A DNA stretch of 64,000 nucleotides from a virus, in IMG/VR virus record IMGVR_UViG_3300033141_002294, positions 4,482 to 68,481 of that record; one strand, given 5' to 3'. Below the pieces are notes generated by a model, which worked only from the letters and a program-made list of their open reading frames with translations, had not been told where the DNA came from and made no database searches. A program made the translations under genes and the position numbers. Below are positions 55,497 through 64,000 of this stretch, one piece after another (within the stretch, counting starts at the first letter, position 1; every line of letters begins with the position of its first letter).

Positions 55497-57622
55497 TCGG
55501 TAGACACCTCCGTTAAGGACAGCATCACACCGCCGTGTAGGCCGGAGCCGGTCATGTAGATTTCTTCCTCGGCGATGGAGGTCACCTTACCTCGGAGAAC
55601 ATTGCCCCGGTCGTCCCGGTAGGTGGCCGCCGCCGAGGTTGAGAACAGGTCGTAGACGTCGTCGCGTCCGGTGCTGTTGCTGAACCTGATGTCCAAGTCA
55701 ACCTCCTGCGGTGCCCATCCCCTGTCCTGCACCTGATAGTGTCCGTCGAGGTCCAACCGCTTGCTCGACCGACGGCCCCGCGTGAATCGGGGAGGACGAC
55801 GCAGGTAGATTTGACTGTCGCCGATCCAGGAGCCCATGAACGTCACGGAGCCGGAAACGCCTGTCGACAGCGAGGACTCGGTCTCGTCGCTGGCGATAGC
55901 CGAAACGGCGTAAGTGTAGGTTGTGCCACTTGCCGCCGTCTCGTCGTCGTGGGAAGTGGTATCGAGGATGGACAGGTTGATCGCCTCATAGGCACTGGTG
56001 CCCGCCGAGGCCAGTCTGCGGTAGAGGTTGTAGCCAGACAGTATCTCCGCACTGCTGCTGGTCCAAGACAGTTGCACCTCAGCGGCAGACGATGCGCCGG
56101 TAGCCGCCAGTCCGCTAGGAGCAGTAATGCCAAATTGCATCCAAGTGGGGGTGGCATACTCGGACCATGTCAGGCCGGACTCGTAGCACCTGACGCGGGC
56201 ACGATAGAGGGTGTCGTAGCCGAGTCCGTCCCCGGTGACCATGGCATCATTTGCGCCGGTGGACGTCACCTCGCCCGAGTCGTAGATGACAGTGCCCTCT
56301 TCGTCCAGGACCTGCGTCTGATACTTGGATTGTGTGCCACCGTAGGTCCAGGTGAGGGTGGGCGTGACGTCGTTGTTGGCCGTGCTCGGGGCAACCTGGG
56401 AGCCGGAAGGGTAGGTCATGACGGGGGTAGGGAGGGTGTAGGTGAACTCCAGCTTGGGACGCTGGGAGGTCGTGCCGTAGTCGCCGGAGCGGAAATCTAC
56501 AACTGCGTTGGTTCCTGTGCTATTGGGATAGAGATAGAAACCATAGTGTGTGTAGGTGGCGTCGGCCCAGTGTTGCAGAAGAGAGGTTACATCCCAAGCG
56601 TGGAAGCCAAGATCGCTATCCGTTGTAAATGTAATCGTATCATAGACCGTGGAGCCCTTGTTGTTGGCCATGGTATTCCACGTCGCGGAGGACGACGCCC
56701 ACGAAGTTGAGCAGCGATAGAGTTGTGCTGGCAACGCAATAGTCGACGTGTTGGCGATGTTGTATGCATTAAGCGACAATGTTCCGGTTGTAACGGTAAT
56801 TGGTTTTCCCACATACGTGTCAAAGCCCGTGGTCTCCACTAGTACGTGTTTTTCAAATTTATCGCGACACCTCAGCTGAAGGTAGGTTTCTGTGCCGTAA
56901 TTATCCGCAGGGTCATCTTTGTGGATAAACGTATCCTTCCCCGGCCCCGGTTGGAGCGTTACGCTCGGGTCGACGGTCGCGGGCCATGCCCGATCCGGTG
57001 CGCTCAGCCAGTCGACATTGACGGTGAGAGTAATCGTATGCCCGCGCAGGGACACACTTACACTGCCTTCATTGCCCTCAGCATCGACAACGGTAGGGGC
57101 GGGAATGCGGGCGATTACGGCATCATCGGCGGTAAGGAGAATGACCTGTCCCTCCTGGCGGGCCTTAACGCCCACGGAGTGCATGGCGAAGGCATATTCT
57201 GTTGGGGCGTCGGCTCCATGCAGGACAATGTCTTCTTTGACACCCTCGGGACGAACGGACAGCCGCAGGTCGGCAGACTGCCACAGACCGGGGTAGGTTA
57301 TACTACCGCCATCAAGCTTTGGCTTGCACTGCTGGACTGCCTGTGGGGTAAACGATACGTGGCGGCCCGGACCAACACCAATACGCCAGTTGCCGCGACG
57401 GCCGAACCGCGACCAGTGTTGGCCCTTGCAGCGATATTCATACCCGGTCTGGGCCGCCCGGTCGTCCTTGCCAATGATGCCCCTGTACTGCTCCAGTTGG
57501 CCCGTGTCGCGGTCGTGGTAGTGCATCCCCTGTTGGACGACTACGCGACGCCTACCATCACCGATGTCATACGTCTTGCTATGCAGGGTGCGGAGTTCGG
57601 GCAACTCACGCATCGTTGTCAC
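55493..57622 (-). CDS. distal tail protein with DNRLRE-like and FN3 domains
   Basis: Follows the tape measure gene; PGKDTFI..NYG..ATWN..WDVT..RPKL, FN3 (APSGL..LSW..GYNLYR..YAVSA) and a short Dit-like C-terminus. Confidence 0.7.
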   Translation of the reverse strand: MTTMRELPELRTLHSKTYDIGDGRRRVVVQQGMHYHDRDTGQLEQYRGIIGKDDRAAQTGYEYRCKGQHWSRFGRRGNWRIGVGPGRHVSFTPQAVQQCKPKLDGGSITYPGLWQSADLRLSVRPEGVKEDIVLHGADAPTEYAFAMHSVGVKARQEGQVILLTADDAVIARIPAPTVVDAEGNEGSVSVSLRGHTITLTVNVDWLSAPDRAWPATVDPSVTLQPGPGKDTFIHKDDPADNYGTETYLQLRCRDKFEKHVLVETTGFDTYVGKPITVTTGTLSLNAYNIANTSTIALPAQLYRCSTSWASSSATWNTMANNKGSTVYDTITFTTDSDLGFHAWDVTSLLQHWADATYTHYGFYLYPNSTGTNAVVDFRSGDYGTTSQRPKLEFTYTLPTPVMTYPSGSQVAPSTANNDVTPTLTWTYGGTQSKYQTQVLDEEGTVIYDSGEVTSTGANDAMVTGDGLGYDTLYRARVRCYESGLTWSEYATPTWMQFGITAPSGLAATGASSAAEVQLSWTSSSAEILSGYNLYRRLASAGTSAYEAINLSILDTTSHDDETAASGTTYTYAVSAIASDETESSLSTGVSGSVTFMGSWIGDSQIYLRRPPRFTRGRRSSKRLDLDGHYQVQDRGWAPQEVDLDIRFSNSTGRDDVYDLFSTSAAATYRDDRGNVLRGKVTSIAEEEIYMTGSGLHGGVMLSLTEVSTE

Positions 57623-59998
57623 CTACCTTGTGATGTCATACCGCCGGGACCGGCGCAGGGCGGTCATGATCCGGTCCTCGACCGCTCTTCCTATGCGCTC
57701 CAGGTCCATGTCATTGCTGACCTGCGGATTGTTGATGTTGACCGTCACGTTGGTCGTGCCGCCCATGTCCCCGAGTTTGGCAAGAGGGACTACGAGTTCC
57801 GGTCCGGCTTCTCCGACCATCGCGGGGGTAGGGGAGGTAACCAGCCCGCCGTTGGCCAGACCGGGAGGGGCCACGCCGTAGCGGCGCTCGAACCACGCCC
57901 GTTGCCACTCGGGGGTTGCGGCGTGGTAGTCTCTTTGTACTTGTTGCCACGCGGCGGTCAATTGTTCGCGGCTGAGCATTGATCCGGCCCATTCGCGGGC
58001 CATGCCCATCCCGATGGGCAACCCACCCTGCATGGCGGCCAGCGCCCGCTGTAGGGCTCCGACGTAGCGGCTTTCAGCCGTCTCGGCGGTCTTCTCCATC
58101 TGTTCCTGCTGGGCCAGCAGGGCCTCGGTCGTCGCCCGGATTTCGGCCCCCAATTCGGCCTCCTGCAACTGAGTGTTCAGGAGTTCGAGATTCAGTTCTT
58201 GGGCTTCCATGCTGGTTGCCCCGGTCATGGCTATCTGCTGATCAAGGGCCGATTGCAGGACGGCGATTTTATCCCGCACTCCCTCAGCGACGGTGCCCAG
58301 GAGCTCGTTCCTGCGGGTTAGAATGTCGGTCTCATCGGCTACGCCGCGCATGGTGGCAAGCTCCGTCTGCATCGTCAGCGTCAGTGCCTGGAGACGGCTA
58401 TCGGCCAGCATGACTGCCTGCTCCATTGCGGTCAGGCCGTCGGTCGCTCCTCCAGTACCGCCTGCCGCATCGGCCACCGCCTGAATCTGCCGTGCCTGGG
58501 CCTTTGTTGTTTCCACAAACCGTCTCATGGCCCGGTCTTCCTCAAACATCCCAGCCGCAGATTCCGTAACTGGCAGAGCCGCTTCGCGGGCCGCCCTTTG
58601 CTGAATCGCCGCCAGGTCAGGGATGCCTCCAGGTGCAAACATGCTAGGGGCGATTGTCTCCACCGCGCCGGTCTCCTGCATCCTCTTGGCGAGGGATACG
58701 CCAGCACCGATTGATGCACCAGCTAGGCCGATGGGGCCGAGCATGCCCATTTTGGCGTACATGCCCGCGAGTGCCCTGGCTACAATCGGTGCGTTCGTGA
58801 TGATATTGCCCATCAGGATAAGGACCGGGCCTATTGCGGCCGCCAATAGACCGAAACCGATTATCGCCTTCTGGATGTCTGGGTCCAACTCTGCAAATGC
58901 CTTGGCATTGTCACGGATACCCTCTGCGAGGTCGACGACATAGGGCAGAAGAGTCTCACCGATTTCGATTGACGTCGCCGCTAGCTGCGCTTTCAATTCG
59001 GCGAACGTTTGGGCAGCCGTGCTCTGGACGGCCTCGAATCCCTCATCGGTCATGCCCAGACTGTTGTTGATGGACTCCGAAATCTGTACAAACGTCTCGC
59101 CCTGACTGGCTGCCGTACCTAGCACACCGGCGAGGGCACGGACATTAGGAATTACCTGCGCCAACATCTCCTCATTACCGGCAAATGCTCCGACCAGGTC
59201 GACCAGGGCTTGAGCTAGACCGCGCTCCTGGATGGACGCCCGCAGGTCATCTATGGTCATGCCGACCGTGGCCAATGCCTCACGTGACATTTTCGTGGGT
59301 TTGAGGACTAGACTCAATGTGCCGCGCAGAGCAGTAACGGCCTCCTCCGCCGAGACGCCGATGCGGGTGAATGTAGCAACAAACGCGCCCAACTGCTCAA
59401 ATGAGACGCCCGCCTGTGCCGCTATGCCCATCACACGACCGAGGCTGCCTGCAAGATCGGCGGCTTCCAGGTTACCCTCTCGAACCGTTGCGACCAGAAT
59501 GTCCGTTGCTCTAGCGGCAGACAGATTGGCGGGACCATATGCCTGCATCGCGCCGGTAACGGCCCTGGCTATCACTCGTGTTTCACCCAGGCCGATTGCT
59601 GATGCCTTCGCGGCAGCTTCAACGATTTTCAGCGACTCAGCCCCACGCACACCGGCAGAAGTGACTACAAACAGCGCTTCAGACAGTTCCTGTGGCGTTT
59701 TGCCGAGAGCAGGACCCATCGCCTTGATGCTATCCCGCCATTTATCCACCTGTTCGGCCGCTATGCCGACGAGGGTGTGGACCTTCATCATACTGGCTTC
59801 GAAATCCGTCGCCATTTTGATGCTCGCCCCGGCTATGAGGGCGATAGGGGCAGTGATATACGTGCTCATGGTCCGGCCCGTGGCTTTCATCTGCGATCCC
59901 AGCTTGCCGAGGTTTCTCCCGGCCCTGTCCATCGCCATGCTGAAATCTTTCGTGTCAGCAGTGATTTTGTACCCGAGTACGCCCAACAGAGTTGCCAT
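57623..59998 (-). CDS. tail tape measure protein (TP901 family)
   Basis: 791 aa, Ala/Gly-rich helical; C-terminal LANGGLVTSPT.AMVGEAGPELVVPL. Confidence 0.93.
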   Translation of the reverse strand: MATLLGVLGYKITADTKDFSMAMDRAGRNLGKLGSQMKATGRTMSTYITAPIALIAGASIKMATDFEASMMKVHTLVGIAAEQVDKWRDSIKAMGPALGKTPQELSEALFVVTSAGVRGAESLKIVEAAAKASAIGLGETRVIARAVTGAMQAYGPANLSAARATDILVATVREGNLEAADLAGSLGRVMGIAAQAGVSFEQLGAFVATFTRIGVSAEEAVTALRGTLSLVLKPTKMSREALATVGMTIDDLRASIQERGLAQALVDLVGAFAGNEEMLAQVIPNVRALAGVLGTAASQGETFVQISESINNSLGMTDEGFEAVQSTAAQTFAELKAQLAATSIEIGETLLPYVVDLAEGIRDNAKAFAELDPDIQKAIIGFGLLAAAIGPVLILMGNIITNAPIVARALAGMYAKMGMLGPIGLAGASIGAGVSLAKRMQETGAVETIAPSMFAPGGIPDLAAIQQRAAREAALPVTESAAGMFEEDRAMRRFVETTKAQARQIQAVADAAGGTGGATDGLTAMEQAVMLADSRLQALTLTMQTELATMRGVADETDILTRRNELLGTVAEGVRDKIAVLQSALDQQIAMTGATSMEAQELNLELLNTQLQEAELGAEIRATTEALLAQQEQMEKTAETAESRYVGALQRALAAMQGGLPIGMGMAREWAGSMLSREQLTAAWQQVQRDYHAATPEWQRAWFERRYGVAPPGLANGGLVTSPTPAMVGEAGPELVVPLAKLGDMGGTTNVTVNINNPQVSNDMDLERIGRAVEDRIMTALRRSRRYDITR

Positions 59999-60082
59999 GT
60001 CAGCACCTCCCTACATAGAGGCCGCACGGCAGCAGGGATGCGAGGAGGGGGTGCCCACAACCCTGCCACCGGCGACCACAAT

Positions 60083-60271
60083 TTAGCTTTTCGCCTTGCG
60101 CTTGGCCTCTTCGAGTGCCCTTTCCTCGGCCTCATGCTTCAGCCTGTAGTACGCCATCCATTCAGACAGTTCATGGCTGCTGATGCGGTCGAGGAGTTCC
60201 GCAACAGTCATACCGAGGTCGGCGGCTAGTCGGAAGTAGAACTGTCGGTCTGGGCGTCCTCGGAGTTTCCC
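60083..60271 (-). CDS. tail assembly chaperone gpT segment (-1 frameshift extension)
   Basis: -1 frame after GGGAAAC (60265-60271) reads LRGRPDRQFYFRLAADLGMTVAELLDRISSHELSEWMAYY... Confidence 0.8.
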   Translation of the reverse strand, partial: GKLRGRPDRQFYFRLAADLGMTVAELLDRISSHELSEWMAYYRLKHEAEERALEEAKRKAKS

Positions 60272-60627
60272 ACCAGTTCCTCGATGTCCTCACCGCTCAG
60301 GCCGTTGAGTTTCTGCGCGACGTTAAACAGCCGCTGGATCGCCGCGCATGACTTCTTGCCCAACGCGTCGATGTCGCCCTTGCTGAACATCGGCTTGCCA
60401 TCGTTGTCGACGATGCACCGAACCAGGAGTCGGGCGCGCAGGTTTTCGAAGTTCAGCTTCGTATTCCGGCCCCGGACCTGGAAGTTCTCGGCCTCGAACG
60501 CGTCCCGCTCCGTGCCAGTCATCCCACGCACCCGGACCTTGCCGCCCCATTCGGGGACGTCGACCTCGACGGTTTCAATGTCCTTGGCGCGAAGTATCTC
60601 GTCCCGAGAGAGAAACTTGCCCGTCAT
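60226..60627 (-). CDS. tail assembly chaperone gpG
   Basis: VDVPEWGGKVRVRGMTGTERDAFE..GN pattern; upstream of the tape measure gene. Confidence 0.88.
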   Translation of the reverse strand: MTGKFLSRDEILRAKDIETVEVDVPEWGGKVRVRGMTGTERDAFEAENFQVRGRNTKLNFENLRARLLVRCIVDNDGKPMFSKGDIDALGKKSCAAIQRLFNVAQKLNGLSGEDIEELVGNSEDAQTDSSTSD

Positions 60628-60647
60628 CTGTACCCCGTCCTTTCTGT

Positions 60648-61274
60648 CTAGCCGAACGTGATTGCCCTGTCGTCCGCGTCCAGGGTCCCAGACCACGATA
60701 CCGCTCCTTCCACCAACCCGTCGACGGCCGCCGACACATCATCGGTATTCAGGACCGCCCAGGCACGGGCGAAGTAGGTGTCCGTGCTCGCATGGAACAT
60801 CTCAATGACGCAGGGCTGCTGACTCGTGCTGGTGAGGATGTCGACGAACGTATTGTCTGAATACCACTCGCTGAGTGAACCGGACACGTCCTTCAAGCCC
60901 TGAATGCGGGTCCGCCAACTGTCGCCGAATACACTGTCGTCGAGGTTGTTTGCCGACACGGAGATGGTCCACGCATGGGCATTCGCCGCCGACGATAGGG
61001 GTACATAATCTCCTGAAAGCGTGACCGCTCCACGAGACGTTGCCGCCACTGCAAACGACACCGATCCGGCGAGTCTGTCCAGTGTGTAGGTCTCGGTGCT
61101 GGTGGACCCGTCCACATAGACAATCATCGTTGCCGTACTGCCCCAGGGCTCTTTGTTGATGTCTGTCGATGATACGTAGTAGACCTGGTAGTCGGTGCTC
61201 GCGCATGCCTCGGTGACGAACGCCACCGGCGCGCCGGAGACTTTTACCAACGCATGGTTGCCTGCATATGCCAC
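60648..61274 (-). CDS. second tail tube-like protein with internal insertion
   Basis: DDSVFGDSWRTRIQGLKDVSGS resembles 61312..61707. Confidence 0.7.
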   Translation of the reverse strand: MAYAGNHALVKVSGAPVAFVTEACASTDYQVYYVSSTDINKEPWGSTATMIVYVDGSTSTETYTLDRLAGSVSFAVAATSRGAVTLSGDYVPLSSAANAHAWTISVSANNLDDSVFGDSWRTRIQGLKDVSGSLSEWYSDNTFVDILTSTSQQPCVIEMFHASTDTYFARAWAVLNTDDVSAAVDGLVEGAVSWSGTLDADDRAITFG

Positions 61275-61311
61275 AGGGCTTCACCTCCCATTGATGTACT
61301 GCCCAGAGACA

Positions 61312-61707
61312 TCAGGTGGAAGCCCCGAACGTGGAGGCACCGACGAGTTCCGCGCTAAACGTTACTGCGCCATCGACCGAAGCTCCGATGTCGAACGAGT
61401 TCACGCGCACCAACTGCTTGAACCCCGTGGACCCGTCGGGCAAAACGGTGATGTAGAGGTCGGTGTTGTTGATGAGAGAGTCCTTGATCTTTACCTGCCC
61501 ATTGGTGTCGTCCGGGTCCCAGAATCCGCCCACCGAATACGTCACATCGCCAATGCCGTAGATGCGCTGCCGCCAGTCGTCGCCGAAATGCGTTACGTCG
61601 ATCGGACCACCGGAATTCGACATCGTAAACGAGTTGAGCTCGTCCACCGCCGTCAGTGTGCCACCGGTCGAAATCTTGATCACCACGTCCTTGCCGTCCA
61701 GAGACAT
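61312..61707 (-). CDS. major tail tube protein
   Basis: IDVTHFGDDWRQRIYGIGD..GGFWDPDD..GQ; follows the tail terminator. Confidence 0.82.
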   Translation of the reverse strand: MSLDGKDVVIKISTGGTLTAVDELNSFTMSNSGGPIDVTHFGDDWRQRIYGIGDVTYSVGGFWDPDDTNGQVKIKDSLINNTDLYITVLPDGSTGFKQLVRVNSFDIGASVDGAVTFSAELVGASTFGAST

Positions 61708-61830
61708 GTAGCCGTCACTCCCTGTCTGTTCTCACCTCCCCTGGTGGCAACCCCGATACAAGGATGCGCCCCGGCAGGCGGTGGGGTAAAGCCGCTTTTC
61801 GCCGCGTCCGGCTATCCAGGGCGCAAGGGT

Positions 61831-62241
61831 TTACGTTGTCTGGTACATGCAGCGGAAATTTAGCGCCCAGTGATAGTGACCGTTTTCATCCTGCTCAATC
61901 CAGATGGGGCCGCTCTGTTCGGCCCGCACGTCCATGTAGGCTGGGCTGCCGATGCTGGCACTCTGCAGGGTGTCGTATACACTCTGACAGAGGCTGTAGC
62001 CGGTGCTGAACCCGGTGCTGCGTACTCGCACCTGCACGGTGGGCCATCTGATTTCCGTCGCCGTGCCGAAAATGCGGGAAGCGGGCCCCCCGCCGGTGCC
62101 CTGGACGAAACAGGCGGTAGTCTCAATGCCCTGTGCAGTGGAGGGTGGGCGCAACGGACCGATAAACAGGTCTGAACCAAGGGTAGCGACGCCCTGCGTG
62201 GATAGATAGGTAGCGATATCCTCCGGGGGTTTGTGGCTCAC
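61831..62241 (-). CDS. tail terminator / neck protein
   Basis: PTVQVRVR and DENGHYHWALNF motifs; neck-module position. Confidence 0.75.
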   Translation of the reverse strand: MSHKPPEDIATYLSTQGVATLGSDLFIGPLRPPSTAQGIETTACFVQGTGGGPASRIFGTATEIRWPTVQVRVRSTGFSTGYSLCQSVYDTLQSASIGSPAYMDVRAEQSGPIWIEQDENGHYHWALNFRCMYQTT

Positions 62242-62696
62242 GTAGACCCGCCCTCCTCAGTGGGAGACTGCGGCACGTCACCCTGCAACTGCTGCCCGTA
62301 ATCCTGCATGTCCTGGTAGCGCTCGACATGTTCTCGCAGGTTGTCGGCCCAGCCGGGCGCATCCTCTTTGACCGGCTGCTCCAAGTACTTGGCCTGTCCG
62401 CCCGATGGGTGGTTCAGCGATAGGTCCTCATGCTGCTTGATGGCGTAGTCACTGGCGGGACCACCATAGCCCATCTCCAGCGAGATGAGACCGGCGATGA
62501 CGCGGGGCAAAGTTACGTATCCCGAACCGCGCAGAGTGCCGAGGTCGACGGGCACAAAATCCCGCTTGCTCCGGGTCATGGTCTTCGACGCTTCGATGTA
62601 AAGCCCGCTGGCTATGGCCCGTTTCTCATGCTCAATCTGCTTGCGGGTCCGCTCCTGTGCCTCTGTCACCCCGGTGATCCTAACGTGCTCTGACAT
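62238..62696 (-). CDS. HK97 gp10-like neck protein
   Basis: VPVDLGTLRGS, YAIKQHE and GQAKYLEQP motifs. Confidence 0.85.
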   Translation of the reverse strand: MSEHVRITGVTEAQERTRKQIEHEKRAIASGLYIEASKTMTRSKRDFVPVDLGTLRGSGYVTLPRVIAGLISLEMGYGGPASDYAIKQHEDLSLNHPSGGQAKYLEQPVKEDAPGWADNLREHVERYQDMQDYGQQLQGDVPQSPTEEGGST

Positions 62697-63024
62697 TGCC
62701 GCTCAACCATGTTTTGTGGTAATCGGTGTTGCCGTTCTCATCAACCCGCTCTGCTACGTGGGCAACGACACGCCCCTGCTCAGATGTGCTGTCTCCCGGC
62801 AGCCAGACACGGTCGTTGATGCCAATAGCCGAGGCGGTGATGAGCTTGTGACTGCTCATTAGTTCTTGGCCCGCTGCATCATGCAGTTTGGTTTGCTCTC
62901 CCACAATCCGGGCGGCCATCGTGGTTGCAACGGCATAGCTCATTTCGCCATAGTTGTTGATGGCAGTGGTCGGCGTTGCCACTTTGATTGTCTGGCCCAG
63001 CTGATCCTGTAGTTGTGCGTCCAT
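62680..63024 (-). CDS. head closure protein
   Basis: NNYGE..DAAGQE..NDRVWLP pattern; neck-module position. Confidence 0.7.
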   Translation of the reverse strand: MDAQLQDQLGQTIKVATPTTAINNYGEMSYAVATTMAARIVGEQTKLHDAAGQELMSSHKLITASAIGINDRVWLPGDSTSEQGRVVAHVAERVDENGNTDYHKTWLSGNVRAR

Positions 63025-63034
63025 GTGCACCACC

Positions 63035-63457
63035 CTATGTGCTGCTTGAACTCTGCGGATAATCGTCCATGGCGCGTTTGAAAAAGGGCTGAACATAATC
63101 GGTGTCCTGCGCTCTGGTGTCTTTTGTGGCCTCTGAGCGCCCGCCGACGAACAGCCGTGCACCGTAGCCTGCTTGCCTGCGCAGGATTTCCGCCCGCTTG
63201 GTGTAGGCCGCCGTTCGCTGACTGGCCTTGACCGCCAGTCCCTCATTTTCGGTATCCGCTTGCCGGGAATAGGTGGCCGCAATTGAATCACAGCACCACG
63301 CGGCTGCCAGGGAGTGATTGCTGGAGTAGTTGGTCAGGACCGCGTTAATCTCCTCATCCGTCAGCAGGGCGGTGTCTGTCGAGGTGTCGCCAATCAGAAA
63401 GCGGACCGTCGACAGTCCGCTTGAACCAACCGTTGTGCTGTTGTAGGTTGCGGTCAC
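63035..63457 (-). CDS. head-tail adaptor protein
   Basis: VRFLIGDT..LLTDEEI motif. Confidence 0.8.
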   Translation of the reverse strand: MTATYNSTTVGSSGLSTVRFLIGDTSTDTALLTDEEINAVLTNYSSNHSLAAAWCCDSIAATYSRQADTENEGLAVKASQRTAAYTKRAEILRRQAGYGARLFVGGRSEATKDTRAQDTDYVQPFFKRAMDDYPQSSSST

Positions 63458-63470
63458 CGCCCATCACTCC

Positions 63471-63806
63471 CTAAGCGCTGTATCGCTGTGTCTTGCCGTG
63501 AATCCAGACGTGGCCCTTGGTTCCTGCCGCTGTGGACTCGCCCAGCGTGACGGTGATTTTTCGGCCCGGCTGGACGGGAACACCTGCGGGGAACTCGATG
63601 CTGAATGTATCGTCGATGTAGTTGGTCCAAAGCGTCCCCGAACTGGTGGCCACCGTCAGAGTCTTCGGCGTCCCGGCTGCGGAGTACCCGCCGCTGATGC
63701 CGAAAATGATGTGCTGGCTGGCCGTGCTGGCGGCCTTCGTAACGCTCGGGGCGGTGCTCGATGCCGTAGAGCCCTCCAGCCAACCGAAAATGGCGTTAAT
63801 CCCCAT
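63471..63806 (-). CDS. Ser/Thr-rich small virion protein
   Basis: GGAGG RBS, start MGINAIF; beta-rich. Confidence 0.55.
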   Translation of the reverse strand: MGINAIFGWLEGSTASSTAPSVTKAASTASQHIIFGISGGYSAAGTPKTLTVATSSGTLWTNYIDDTFSIEFPAGVPVQPGRKITVTLGESTAAGTKGHVWIHGKTQRYSA

Positions 63807-63999
63807 CGCCTCTGCCTCCTTTATGCTTACGGCTGTGCGCTCCAAGGGCCTGTGGCGTTCTGAACACCTCGCCGCAGACGTCGCAGACATACTCGTCGGG
63901 CGCTTCCTCGATCCACTCCAGATTCAGCAGTTGCTTGATGCGATTCGGGCTGGTGATGGCCGATGACTGTAGCCTGTCGCCCGGCTCGTAGGTCGTACC
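63796..63999 (-). CDS. partial small protein with a C2H2 zinc finger (start lies beyond the right edge)
   Basis: Not in the ORF track; ...EYVCDVCGEVFRTPQALGAHSRKHKGGRGDGD*. Confidence 0.65.
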   Translation of the reverse strand, partial: GTTYEPGDRLQSSAITSPNRIKQLLNLEWIEEAPDEYVCDVCGEVFRTPQALGAHSRKHKGGRGDGD

Positions 64000-64000
64000 G

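Noticed and set aside
55739-57982. Long plus-strand ORFs opposite the tail genes (and similar ones across the window)
   Set aside because: They have no recognisable motifs and are expected antisense ORFs in GC-rich coding DNA.

Overview
The window is almost a whole GC-rich temperate siphovirus-type phage genome, probably from a Bacillota-like host (strong GGAGG ribosome-binding sites, sigmaA-type promoters, GH73 endolysin). It is circularly permuted: it opens inside a gene just downstream of the major capsid gene and closes just upstream of the neck genes. An intact attP (3' half of a tRNA-Pro(GGG) flanked by arm repeats) indicates the excised form. Almost all genes are on the minus strand. 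The lytic order is: cro, recombination genes (SbcCD-like), many small early genes, DNA-modification genes (Mom-like, MT-A70, N4/N6 MTase, DUF5131, ThyX), replication genes, an array-less type IV-B Cas module, a late activator, a tRNA/ncRNA cluster, terminase, portal, a nonulosonic-acid cluster, head genes, then (after the permutation) neck, tail, lysis and a moron-like operon. A short plus-strand operon carries the repressor, two accessory genes and the integrase. The most notable items are: (1) csf1-cas11-csf2-csf3-cysH coupled to IbrB/IbrA and two atypical methyltransferases, with no CRISPR array; (2) late steps of an N-formyl nonulosonic-acid pathway inside the head module, next to very Ser/Thr-rich virion proteins; (3) a structured ncRNA and a remodelled tRNA-like gene upstream of terminase; (4) a paralog of a tail-module protein placed in the lysogeny operon; (5) a covarying RNA hairpin upstream of three structural genes; (6) an Arr-like ADP-ribosyltransferase domain inserted in DUF5131. 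All family assignments come from motif recognition by eye; no database searches were run.
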